Assembly (NCBI RefSeq): GCF_018977255.1
Contig: NW_024704743.1
Span: 73,038,001 to 73,102,000, forward strand
DNA from: Callorhinchus milii
Lineage: Eukaryota
DNA: 64,000 nucleotides
Reading direction: 5' to 3'
Shown here: positions 37,791-49,758 of the stretch, one piece after another
How positions within the stretch are numbered: the first letter of the stretch is position 1
How the letters are laid out: every line of letters begins with the position of its first letter
The notes under the pieces: model-generated
The model's input: the letters and a program-made list of their open reading frames with translations, nothing else
Told to the model about the DNA's origin: nothing
Databases searched by the model: none
Program-made: the position numbers and the translations under genes

Positions 37791-40700
37791 CTGTAAGAAG
37801 AGAGAGAACATTTCACTGGATCTCATTTAGAATGTAACATTGTTTAAACCTGTAGGGAGGAATATCACCGCAGTCTAGATTTACTCTATTTATTTAGCAT
37901 ATTTGCAAATTGTTGAATGCAACCTGAACTTTGATTTTACCCATTTATATTATCATACATAATATTATTTGTCTAGGGAATACCCAGTCACTAAACTTTA
38001 AAGATTTTCCTGTGAAGCACTTTGGGATGTCCTATCAACGTGAAATGCCCTAAATCAAAAGTCACTATTTGCAGTTTCTTAAAAGAACAGACAAAAAAAC
38101 TGTTTCAAAATTAAGATTGTATTAGGAGTTTACCTAATTCTGAATGCTCTGAAATGCTACATAAATAGAAAAAATCTAAAACCATGTTGAATTTCTCCCT
38201 GTCAATGCTATTTCCATGATTTCTTTTTATCAGTCAAAAGTATAATTCCCTTTCTTCAATCAGTTACTTGCTTCCAATACAAATGAGAAAAAAGTAGATT
38301 CTTCTCAATCAATATACTTTTGCTGCCCGAGTAGTACAGTATGATTGTAACACTATATGATTGGGCATTGAGTTACAAATATTACATTTAATTGTGTTTT
38401 TTTTTCTTAGTTTAGAGAAAACATCCACAAACACAGAAAACTTCTGTACTGAATTCTAAGAACTCTTTCTATATAAGCAAATGGATTTAATTTGGGGTAT
38501 TTCTGAACAAGTTTCTTCAGAAGAAATGAGCAATTATCAAATTTATAAAACATCAAATGTGCAGGAAAATACAAAGTTGACCTAATATACTGTAAGCACC
38601 TTCAGCACCTCAAGACATCCTTCTGACGTGAAAGGGCCTATATAAATGCAATTTGTTGTTGTAAGAGGGAAAAAAAAGTAATTGTTCTGATTTTAACTGT
38701 ATTTAGAGATTACTATTTTGTCACTATTAATATCTATTCTGGTCAATCCAGTAGCATGATCGTAGTTGCAGATTGAACATCTATGACAAACGTTATTTGA
38801 AATGTATCAATAGTGGAAGAAGGATGAGACATTTAAGCAGATATTTGTGTGTTCAATCGTAAGTTAAAGATCCCATGGCACTATTCGAAAAGAGAAGGGA
38901 GTTCCTTCCAGTGTGCTGTCCAACAATCGCCCTCAGATAAAATTAGTCACAGGATTACAAGATTACTTTGGATGAAGAAGTTCCTTCGACCCATCAGATC
39001 TCATCCTTCTGGAATACCCACCCTTCTGCCTTCCCATCATATCATCAAGCTGTTTTTTGAATGAGTTCAGTGTCCTAGCCTCAACCACCTGTTCCAGTTG
39101 TTAATTATCCTCAGGGTAAACAAAAGCTGGTATTTGTTCTGAAATTGCCTTTTGCAACTCCAAACTGAGTTTCTCTTGTTCCATTTCTTGGTGTATCCTA
39201 AAGTATTGATCCAAGTTTCATTTTTCTATTCTAATTAAAATTTTATACTACTATGAGACATTTTCTCTTAAGGTTTAAAGAGCCCTAGCTGGTCAAACCT
39301 TTGCTCAAAGCTCATTCCTCTAACATTGGGGATCTTCTTTGTTGCTGTTCTCTCCACTGCCTCTAGGGCTTTGGGAGCCCTTTTAAGTTGCGGTGATTAG
39401 AACTGTATGCAATATTCAAGCTGCGGTCTAACCACAGCCTGAGTATCATGTTTGTTATCTGAACTCAACTGATTTAGCAATATAGGCCAGTGTCCTATTT
39501 ACCAAAACAATGTCTTACATCAAATAATGTCTTACATCAATGTCTTACATTGTTCTGACATAGTGAGCAATGAGTCAATTAATCCACATCCTGGCTGTCT
39601 GTGGGCTAGTGCAGTGTGCAAAATTAGCTGCTGCATTCGTATAAAATACGTAGTCATTACACCTCACAACAAATCTTGTGAAGAGCTTTCAGATATCCTG
39701 CTGATATGAAACACGTTTTACATATATCAAATCCAAGGATTATTGGTATTACCTGCACAAACTGGAACTCTCTCCAGTTTACAGCATTGCTAACTGATGG
39801 AAGAGACGTAATCCCGAGTAAAACAAAAAGACCAAAGCCCACGATTCCCATTGCAAGGTACAGGTCAACACTCCAGAACCACCATTGGTTGTACTCTGCT
39901 GTTTGATTCTTTTTTGACTGCACAGAGACAAAACTAACATAAGAGTTACTGTGTAAAGGCAGTGGAACTTAATACAGTTTTGGTTACAAGGAAGTCGACA
40001 TTTACAACTTACCTGGTACTGTTTTGTTATAAGATTTTACGTTAATAATTAATTCCCCAAATGTACAATAAAAAACACAAATATTTTTTGCCAAGAGCAC
40101 CAGAAATTATAGAGAATACCTGATGAACAATTATGAAGTATGATTGACATAACTCACAAATATTTTGATTTGCTAGTGAGCCATTTTCAATGCCATGAGT
40201 GAAATATAGATTGCATTAGGCAATTCTGTTATTACCCATAACCCATAGTAGTCTACCAAAAGGTAGTGCTAGGAATATATTACATTGTTGAGTGCTGTCC
40301 TGCGGATGAGACGTTAAACTGAGGTCTCGACTGTCTGCTCAAATGGATGTTAAAGATCTTACTTGAAAAGAGAACAGAGTTTCTCCCCATGTCATGGCCA
40401 ACAATCCCCCAAACAAAGTTGTGGCTCATGTCCCAGGAAAAAAATGGCATTTAGTCCCTCTTTGAAGTTGTCAGGTTGCCACTGACGTCACTTCCAGCTT
40501 CCAGTTTTTCAGTTTCCTCCCTTTGATACATTCAATTGTTGAAATAAGTACACTTAAAATAAAAAATTATGCAAGCCAAGCTCATTACCTCTTTGATTGT
40601 ATATTGCATCCATTTCCATCGAACTGAGTATCGAATTGGTATGATTAGCGTGTAGAAAACATGAAGGAAGGCGAAGGCTAGGGCTACAAGCCCCAGCTGT

Positions 40701-42341
40701 TTTCGACACAACATCCACCTGTCCAGCCAGTTTGGGAAACGCTTGTACTTTGTGCCTCTGTAGAGTTGAAGGAATGCAGCCATCACACCTGGCAGGTAAA
40801 CCAAGCCCAGGAGGATGAGAGAGACAATTGGGAAAACACGGTTGGGAATGGAGACAACAATCCGGTAAGAATCATCAACTTGTTTTGTTACATACGGATT
40901 GATTACATCAGTCACCAAACAGTACAAGTAGATCAAAACGGTGAGGCCAGCCGTTATGATAAATGGAAGCCTCCACATTGGGAAGAGCTGCAGAGGGTAG
41001 TTTTCCACTTCATTGGCTGCTAACAGAGATCCCTGGTCTAAAGGAGTGAGGCCAATACTCCTGGCAATGTCCATCACCAAATGTTTGGCTTCACCATCCT
41101 CTCCACAGACAAAGACCTGTATTAAAGAACAGTAATAGATTAAAAAATTTTATTTTTTAATTTTCTATTTTCTAGTTGAAGATTGGACAGGAGGGGCTTT
41201 TTTTTGGAACATAGCAGATATTTTTTATCCCATTTCCCCACATCCTTTAAAAACCTTTACTTTCTAACTATTTATTTACTCCCTTTCAAGCGTGCCGATA
41301 AATTCTACATCTGCAGGTGTCACTGTTAGAAGTTCCCTTCTGTTTTTGAAAGTGCTGTGGGATCCTAATGCTCACCTGAACAGACAGATGAGACCTCTTT
41401 TTACCATCTCATCTGAAAGATGGCACCTCTGATAATGCAGCGCTCACCCAGGACTGCACTAGACAATGAGTTTAAAGTTTAAAGTTTTTATATCCTGGGG
41501 AAGCTGAGGCTAATTTTACCACTTCTACTAAGGCTGCAGCTGAGTTCTGCTGAGTAAAAATACATCAAGCTGATGATCTACTTGATCTATGTGGCTCAGC
41601 AGTACACACAGACATAGATCCATGCAGTGGGAAGCCACACAAAATATTTTATTACAGAATATAATTTCTCCAGTTCAAGATATTTAGCATAACAAGATTA
41701 TCAGTACTTAAATTCCATTGCTATTCTATTATTTGCACCGTTATAGATTACAGAATTATTGAAAACACAGGGAAATCCACAATCTACTTCTGGGTATTTT
41801 AGATCTGAGTGTGAGCAGGAGTTCTAATCATTGGCTTGGAAATCTCAGAAGAGAGGTTCAGTTGGTGTTCATTGACAATAACATAAAATTTCAATCTTAC
41901 CTGACTGTTTGCGTCCAGGTTCCCTGATTGCAGGGCCCAGGCTGAAACGGTGTTAAAGCCCTTCACCACAATGGCTTTGGGAACCAGCTGAGACAGATAC
42001 GCTGCATTAGACTCTCGGTACTGGTTTATTTTCAGGTTGTTGCTCACATCCACCAGCACTTTACCATCAAACAAATCACACAGAGGTTGGAGGAAGTCAT
42101 AATTTTCCCTGTGAACAGCCAAGAAGATGATCTGGGATCTTTTCAGAGCATCAGCGTGTGTGAACACCTCAGCTCCTCCAGGCAGCAGGGCAGAGTTCTT
42201 GGGGTTTCGGCTGCCGAATATCACGGGATATCCAGCCTTGATCAGCCTCATACCCAGGGACCTGCCAAAATCTCCAGTCCCCAAAATACACACTGCGTTC
42301 CGTTTGTGGACATGTTCACCTTTAAGTGAATTCATATTCAT
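37521..42341 (-). CDS. STEAP4: STEAP4-like metalloreductase, upstream tandem copy B (4 coding exons, 467 aa)
   Basis: Spliced join 42341..41901, 41116..40589, 39917..39753, 37790..37521. All introns are GT-AG and phase 0. Same catalytic motifs as copy A, with heme His in FLHVFY and TAHVFVYG, plus [13 protein letters not shown] and [10 protein letters not shown]. Confidence 0.95.
37853..38200. mobile_element. Degenerate palindromic DNA element in STEAP4-B intron
   Basis: Left arm AGGGAGGAATATCACC...TCTATTTATTTAGCAT versus reverse-complemented right arm AGGGAGAAATTCAAC...TCTATTTATGTAGCAT. Confidence 0.45.
38948..39495 (-). mobile_element. Old CR1 fragment
   Basis: Reverse complement resembles [12 protein letters not shown]...[10 protein letters not shown] and the CR1 3' end. 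Confidence 0.65.
39753..39917 (-). CDS. STEAP4: STEAP4 copy B coding exon 3 (165 nt)
   Basis: Acceptor tctctgtgcag|TCAAAA and donor CAG|gtaata. Translates [55 protein letters not shown]. Confidence 0.93.
40589..41116 (-). CDS. STEAP4: STEAP4 copy B coding exon 2 (528 nt)
   Basis: Acceptor ctttaatacag|GTCTTT and donor GAG|gtaatg. Ends ...[18 protein letters not shown]. Confidence 0.95.
41901..42341 (-). CDS. STEAP4: STEAP4 copy B coding exon 1 (oxidoreductase domain); exon acceptor at 42359
   Basis: Same splice sites and same protein sequence as 23074..23514. Confidence 0.92.
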
Positions 42342-42974
42342 GAGTGCAGAGTTTTCTATCTGCGAAACACAAACAAGCCACATGGTAATTTTATTGAACA
42401 AAATGAAAAATATCACAGATGTTTTAATAGAGAAAGATTCCCATTCTAAAGAATCAGGCAGCCAGTAGTGGTATATATTTTTATTTTTGGTGAATTTGCC
42501 TTTCATAAAAATGATGGGTGGGACTTGGAATACTTTCTTATTTCGGAGATTTGGTGTCAGTACGGAACATTTCCAGGTTAGATACATTGCCCAAATAATG
42601 TACTTCAACTCCCGTCCTCAGAAACTACCTCACCTCAACCGTGTGATATTTACTATTTCACACACCAGCTTCTCAATAACCTTTCAGAATGGGTTTATTT
42701 ATATCATAATAATAATAATAATAAACCCCACCATTGGGACTTGGAACTCACATCGTCTATTCTGGCGTTTCAATGCAGTGCTGGGTGAGCGCTTAATTGT
42801 TGTAGGTGCCATCCTTTAGATGAGGAGTTAAACCAAGGTGGACTTAAAGATCCCAAGGAACTATTTGAAAAGCAAAAGGAGTTTCTCTTACTTAGAAGTT
42901 GCTTCCTTTTATATACTGTGGAAATCTGCCACCAAATTAAGACTACATTTAAGATTCAATAACATCTTGAAATA

Positions 42975-43670
42975 GCAACAACAACAACAAAATTACATTT
43001 GTATAGTGCTTTTTACATTGGGAGGACGTCCCAAGGCACTGGACAATCAGTTTTTTGGACGCGAGCTGGGACGGGATCTGGGAGGTTGAAGGGCAGGGGA
43101 GAAGGAGGGTAACCAAAGAGGAGGTCAAAGAGGAGGGTCTTGAGGCAGGTCTTGAAGGAGGCAAATGAGGGGGCGAGGCAGAGGGACTGCAGGATGGAGT
43201 TCCAGAGGGTGTGGGCAGAGAGACAGAATACCCACCCGCCAATGGTGTGACCGGTGAGGCAGGGGACGTAAAGCAGGTCAGAGCCCGCTGAGCGGATGGA
43301 GCGGGCAGGTTGGTAAGGGATTAGGAGGTCGCAGAGGCAAGTTTGAGCAAGGCCATGGAGGACTTTGAAGGTGAGGACCAGGATCTTGAACTGTATCCTC
43401 TGCGTGATGGGAAGCCAGTGAGGTCCGACAAGGTTAAGGGTGATAGGGTCGCGGAGCCAAGTGTGGGAGAGGACATGGTCTGCAGAGTTCTGGATGATCT
43501 GCAGTCTATGGAGGGGGGAGTTGGAGATGCTGACGAGCAGGGAGTTTGCATAGTCGAGTCTCAATGTTATGAATTTGTGTATGAGTGTCTCTGCGGCCTG
43601 TGGTGTGAGTCAGTGGCGGAGCTGAGTGATGTGTGGTGATGGGGGAAGGCAGAATGGGACATGGCAAGAT
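42975..43670 (-). mobile_element. L2 LINE 3' fragment
   Basis: RLDYANSLL...HWLPITQRIQFKILVL...FKTCLKTLLF and (CAA)n tail. Confidence 0.9.
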
Positions 43671-46039
43671 CACAAGAGTTTTGCAGTAAAATTAAAATAT
43701 GTACTGAGCTAAAGCTGATATGAAATGTTAAGTCAATTTAGTTTTGCAGGCTAAAATTAAATGGTATTTCAGGCGTACCCTGCGCAGAATCACAGGTATC
43801 AAATCCATATCTAAATCTGCTATAGTGCAAATACTGGAGGCCCACCATGTGTCATGATGTCTTCCACTAAATTGCATTTAAGAGACTCATTACTCCTCAA
43901 GCTTTAGCTGGTAAGTGCACTCCCTGTTGTGCTTTGATCCATACAGATAAGACAAATCTCAGCTTCAATCTCCATTCTGTGGTGGTAACTGAGCTATCTA
44001 ATATCAGTTGGGATCACAGGTCTTTTTTTAGTCTGCTTTATCTCCATGGGTAACACGCGGAGAAACCCATCACTATATCCAAATAAGACAAATTCTGCAT
44101 ATGCATGTCACCGATAAATGGAAATTTCCCAGTATCTGGATTGAAGTGTGTGCGCACTCTCTCTGGAAGGACTCACCCTTCTTACCAAAAATTTTAAAAT
44201 ATTAGGCAAAGGATAGCAAGAGCCAAGGACTGGGGACCCAAGTGTGTGCATTGGGGTATTGCTGGAGTTTAACCAGCTAAAACTATGCAGCTTGCCATTG
44301 CCAACCCCACTGCTTATCCAGCTAGAAATACCCTACTTGCTTTGGTTTGCCTTGTTAACAGGAACCGAGTGGGAATAATCCCTGCCTCCATTCACAATGT
44401 TTTCAATGGGGGTAATACAAATAGCTTCAGTAACCCTGAGCTAGGCAGTAGAAAAAATTAAGCAGGGCTCCCACTCATGTGATCACCATATCATAATCCT
44501 TGCATTTGATATAGCACCTTATCACGTCTTCGAGACACCTTATATCAGTGTTTACATTCAGTAACCACTTATATAAAATCTATACGGATCTTAAACACTC
44601 TCCATTATGATGCCTCAATATCAGTAGTCTTCTGACATTGTCTCAGTGCATGCATAACAAGTGATGAGATACAAAAAGATTATCGGTATCTGTGGAACCA
44701 AAGTCCAGCAAGAATCACCCTCAGGAGAAAAGCACAGAAAAGGAGAAAATAGGAAGAATTAATGATGGAAATTCAAAAAGCTACACTTTATCCAAATATA
44801 TTTTTCATTCCTAAAGAGTTGCACATATTGTTTTACATTCCATCATCTATGCAGAATAAACTAAGTGCTGTTTCACACCATTTATCATTCCACGTCTCTG
44901 TGTCACTGAATGTGGTTATCTATTTATATAAATCTAAAACCATTCAAATAGCACACTTGAAATCCATACATATACATGCTTTAACAGTATTGCATTCACC
45001 TTCCTACCTGTAATACTTCAGAGAAGATTTAATTCCCTGCTGCAGGAACTGTAAAAGTTCAGAGGCAAACAAGCAGCTGGAAGCCAACATTTATATCTTG
45101 TCTTTAGGTCAAGTTCAACAGACTGTGATGTTTCTCCTACTCTTTCCATATTTAAACAGTCGGATTGTGCAATTCTGGAATTTCTGTCACATTCTCTTTT
45201 TTTNCTACCTCAGTCTGCCAGCATAGATCATTTCCAGTTGAATTCAAGCACACTTGGTGAGCCAAATATTCAAGGGAAATTCCCTGTGCCAATTAATTTT
45301 GATATTTGCCTTGTGCCTTCCCAGAAGAACAGACCACAAATTTACATAAAGATATTTCATCATGTTTTGGACCTGCAGGTTGATAGCTGAAAGTAGAACA
45401 GTCATAATAACAAACTGTAATGCCAGATCACAGCTGGATCAGTAACTAACTCTCATAACTTGTCACATACCACAAAAACTAACACAAGTTTTACACATCA
45501 CATGGCAGGAAATTGCAGATGCAGCTTAAAGTAAAGTCGTCTTTGCACATCCAATGCAGGGTAATTTTTTTACTGGGAGCTGCTGTTTGGTTGAAAAATG
45601 TGAATTGTGACTGATAAATATCACGAAAGATAATGATTAACAACAACAACAACAAGATGAGGTCAAGTGCCAAGAAAGGGAGAGGGGAGAGGGGGAGATG
45701 ACTTTAGGTTTGGTTGAAGAGGTAAGTGTTTAGGTGGGATTTGATGACAGATAGAGAGGAGATGAGACAAGAGGGGTAGATGGAGGGAGTTCCTAATTTT
45801 AGGGCCATGGTAGCTGAAGGCACAGCCACCGATGTTGGTGCAGAAAGAATGAGGAACACACAGCATTCCTGAGTCAGTCGTGTGAGTGAGCGAACAGAGA
45901 TGTAGGGCAGCAGATCACTGTCAGGCAGTTGGGAACCAATTCTTTGTCAAGATGTATAACAAGGATGTTATCAACGCTCTCAAGGATAACCAACCTGCAA
46001 GAATGAATAATAATTCAAATAAGATCTATTCTTAGTATT

Positions 46040-46780
46040 TTCAAGTGAGACAGCGATTTACGTGTACTACCACCAAATAATTTACTGCATTCGCTGCTCA
46101 CGATGTAGGAGACATCTCTACATTGGGGAGACGAAACGCAGATTGGGTGACCGATTTGTTGAACACTTCCGTTCCGTCCACAAGCACAACCCTGAGTTTC
46201 CGGTTTCTTGCCACCTCAACTCCCCCTCCCACTCTGACCTCTCCATCCATGGTCTCCTTCGCTGTTCCAATGAGCCACAGCGTAAGCTCGAGGAACAGCA
46301 CCACATTTATCTGCAAGGGACCTTACAGCACTCTGGCCTCAATATTGATTTCAACAATTTCAGACCATAACAACTCACCTTCCCCCCCACTCCCTTTCTG
46401 TGACCATTACCACATCATCTGGGTCCCAGACACACTTTTTCTCTCCCTGATCTGCCTGTTTTATTGCAAGTTCTTTCCCCCCCACCCCCTTTTTCTTCTG
46501 CAATATTAACACCTCTTTTAACCCTGCTTTATTGCAACCCCCCCTTTGCTCTGCATCATTAACACCTCTTTAACCTGTCATCCCTTGTTCTCTACCCAAT
46601 TTTCTCCTGTCTTCCTTGCCCTGCCTCCCCCCTCTCTGTAAGCCCTTAAAAGCCTCTCCCTCCCAACATGCCCCAGTTCTGATGAATGGTCGTGGACCCG
46701 AAACGTTGACTCACTTTCCTTTCTCCATAGATGCTGCTTGACTTGCTGAGTGCTCCCAGCGACTTCTGTTCTTGTTTTCT
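46040..46780 (+). mobile_element. Penelope-like retroelement 3' fragment (GIY-YIG endonuclease plus terminal repeat)
   Basis: IYCIRCSRC...LYIGETKRRLGDRFVEH...RKLEEQHHI...GLNIDFNNFR. The downstream terminus contains CTGATGA...GAAACGTT. Confidence 0.9.
46675..46711 (+). ncRNA. Minimal type I hammerhead ribozyme motif (probably decayed)
   Basis: AGTT-CTGATGA-A-TGGTC-gtg-GACCC-GAAAC-GTT-GACT. Stem I AGUU/GACU, stem II GGUC/GACC, palindromic ACGT stem III. Confidence 0.7.
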
Positions 46781-47924
46781 ATTCTTAGTATGATTTGTTT
46801 TATACAAACATAGCTTTTAAAATGTGACAGTGACATTAAGTACAGACCTAGATGTAATAACCAATGTGACTATGTATATATATGTATATAGGATGGAATT
46901 GAATTGCCCTGAAAATGTACATTGTTGTTTTAAACTTTTGTAGATGTTTCCTTTAGAAAATAGAGCTAATTATTCCTTTCCCACACTGTGTTTCCAAACC
47001 ATTATTTGTGACAATTCACATACCCTTGTTACAATCCTTGTATTTTGATATAAGTATTAAAACACTTCACAGGTAGTTACTATGTAGTTGTAACTGTAGG
47101 AAAATATGGGAGATAATTTACACATAGTGAGGCCTTACAAACAGCTATGAAGTGAATCGCCAATTTATCTGCAGGATTGCAGGAATGTTTTCGCACAGTC
47201 CCTCCGCCTTGCGGAGTCCCACCTGAAAACCTTCCTGTTTGACCGTGCTTACGGCCACCTCCCCAGCCCCCACCCTACTGGCTCAGAGTCAGGCTCCGCC
47301 ACTGTTATGAGCTCTGAGACGCTACCATGCATGGAGCATACAAAGCCCTATCATGCTGTTGAATGTTTCAAAGCGCTTCACAGAATAGTGTAAAGTGTAG
47401 TAACTGTGTACTTGTAAGTGAATGTGGCAGCCAATTTGTGGACAGCAATCCTTCATAAACAGCCGTGAAATGAATGACCATTTTTCTTTAATTGGGGGAT
47501 TTTTGACCAGGACACCAAGAGACACTTCTTTCCTTTTTCAAAGGTGGCATGGAATATTTAGCATTCCCTTTAGATCCTCAGTTTAAGGTGCCAAAGATAG
47601 CACCTCTGATAATACAGTGCTCTTTTAACACTGCTTTGGAATGTCAGCCTATACTATTTGAGTTCAAAGTCTCAAGACCTTCCTCTTTGACTGTGCCTTC
47701 TGTCACCCTCCTACTTGTCACTTACCTGTGAAGCACAGTTTCTATCGTTTAATCCTGTTGCCAGGAATTTGTAAGTATCTGAATTGCACTGAAATCTGTT
47801 GATAGTCATAATTTACTTAATCCTTCTTAATTTAGCAAATTGGATGCATATTGGCTGAAAATAGGATCAATACAAGAAATGCATCTCAAGATTCAATTCA
47901 TGGTTCTTGGGGAAGTGAACTCAA

Positions 47925-48235
47925 CTTCCTTTCAGACTTGAAAAGAGGTGTATCAGAATGAACCTTATAAAAACATACAAGATTTTAAACAGTATTGAGA
48001 AAATGATAATACTGCCTGCACTGAGACAGCAGAACAAGAGGACATAGGTTTAGAGTTGCAAAGGGTAATTTCAGGGCAGACACCACTAAATATTTCTTTA
48101 CCTAATGGGAAATTAATGACTGGAACAGGTGATTAGGAAGAGTGGATCAGTTTAAAAAAAGAACTTGTTTCTGTGATGGGAGGTCAATGGGTCGAAGGAT
48201 CTTTTTCATCCCAAATTATCTTCTGATCTTAATTT
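47925..48235 (+). mobile_element. Old CR1 3' fragment
   Basis: AGAACAAGAGGACATAGGTTTAGAGTTGCAAAGGG; similar to 15700-16068. Confidence 0.65.
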
Positions 48236-49446
48236 TCTGAGTCCTTTAGGATGCAATAATACTTTGGTAACCAGACTTTAATACAGACAAATGGGATACA
48301 AGTCCCCTTTCTCTCCTAGCTATAAGTGTCTTGCTAGGGTGATAGGCATGTCGAACAGATGATGAATATAGGTGGTGTTAAGGGTGGAAAGGTTGTGGAA
48401 GCTACAAAGCATCTCGGAAAAGAGCTAAACACGTTCCTGTCAAATAAAGAGATCCTTTTATTTAGAAATAATTATTTTGAAGGAATCTTGTGGCAAATTT
48501 GATGGATAGCTAGATGGATTTGTGGTCTATTCCTACTTGAAACTATTCCTTACTACAGACTTACATGTGCTCTCAGCCTGATTATTGTGCAAACACTCGT
48601 TCTGATCAGCTGGCTTCTTGTTGGTGGAAAAATATATAGGAAATCAATTTTACATTGTGGCTCTCCTGTCATAAATGTCGTAAACCCAAATAAAAGGTTT
48701 CAGCTCAAGATTAGAAATCCCTGAGATAAAAGACTTTATATGGAGTTATAACCTTATATAGAGTTATAATGGTGTGATTGGCATCAGTGATAATTAGTAT
48801 ATTATGTATCATTTGCAATTTTCCCCCCAGAGTCCACAGAAGAAAGCTATTTAAATTGTAAATACTGATTTCATAGAACATAATTCAGCAGAGAAATATA
48901 TAATTTGGCCCTTGAAAACTATGTAGCTGCTGGCACTTCCACTGGAGCTAACCACTTTAATCCTTATTTCATGCTCTCCCTACAGTATTACAATATTTTG
49001 TTGCTCAAATGTTCAATATTAGTTTGGGACTCAATAGTCACTTGTGACTAAGCAGTCCATGTTTAGGTTATGTGCTCTTTCAGTGACAATCCTGCATTTG
49101 TCTTAAAAAGTAGGATCAAAGGGCAGTGTTCAATATCGAGGTTACAAAATCTGCATCCTTGGACTTTCCAGTCAAATGACGAAATGTTAGTAACCACATC
49201 CCAGTATAAGTACAATTTGCAGTCCATCCCTTTTTTGTGTGCATATGAGTAATTTACTTGCAGCATGTACCTTGGCATCACTTTCTGTTGTAATTATTTG
49301 TCTTTTGCACTGTTCGAGTTCAGCATTGAAATCTGACTCAGGTTATACTGGGTGGATTCTACATGTTTCTTATAGACCAGAGATTGAGATGACTGATTGG
49401 TCTTGGTCTCAGTGACATGAAGGTCAATTTGTAATCACACTGTTTT

Positions 49447-49758
49447 ATAATATTAATCCTTGCATTTGATATAGCGCTTTTCATGTCTTCTCGACGTCTC
49501 AAAGACTTCACAGAATATGCTGTAAAGTGAATGGACCGTACATTTATGGGTGAAACGCAGCAGCCAATTGTGCACAGCAGTGTCCCACAAACAGTCATGG
49601 ATTGAAAATGACCAATTTATTAATGTTTTGTTTTAGAGGGATTATTATTATGCGTGCGGAGTAAGGAAACTTGCCCAAGGTTTCGCCCTCTGCCTGGAAT
49701 TGAACCCAGGTATCTCGCTTGCAAGGCGAGTGCTCTAACCACTGAGCTGCAGGACTCC
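49447..49758 (-). mobile_element. Full-length tRNA-headed SINE
   Basis: Same family as 6121-6432. Confidence 0.9.

Noticed and set aside
45204..45204. Single N base
   Set aside because: Assembly ambiguity after a T-run; not biological, though it may hide a small gap.
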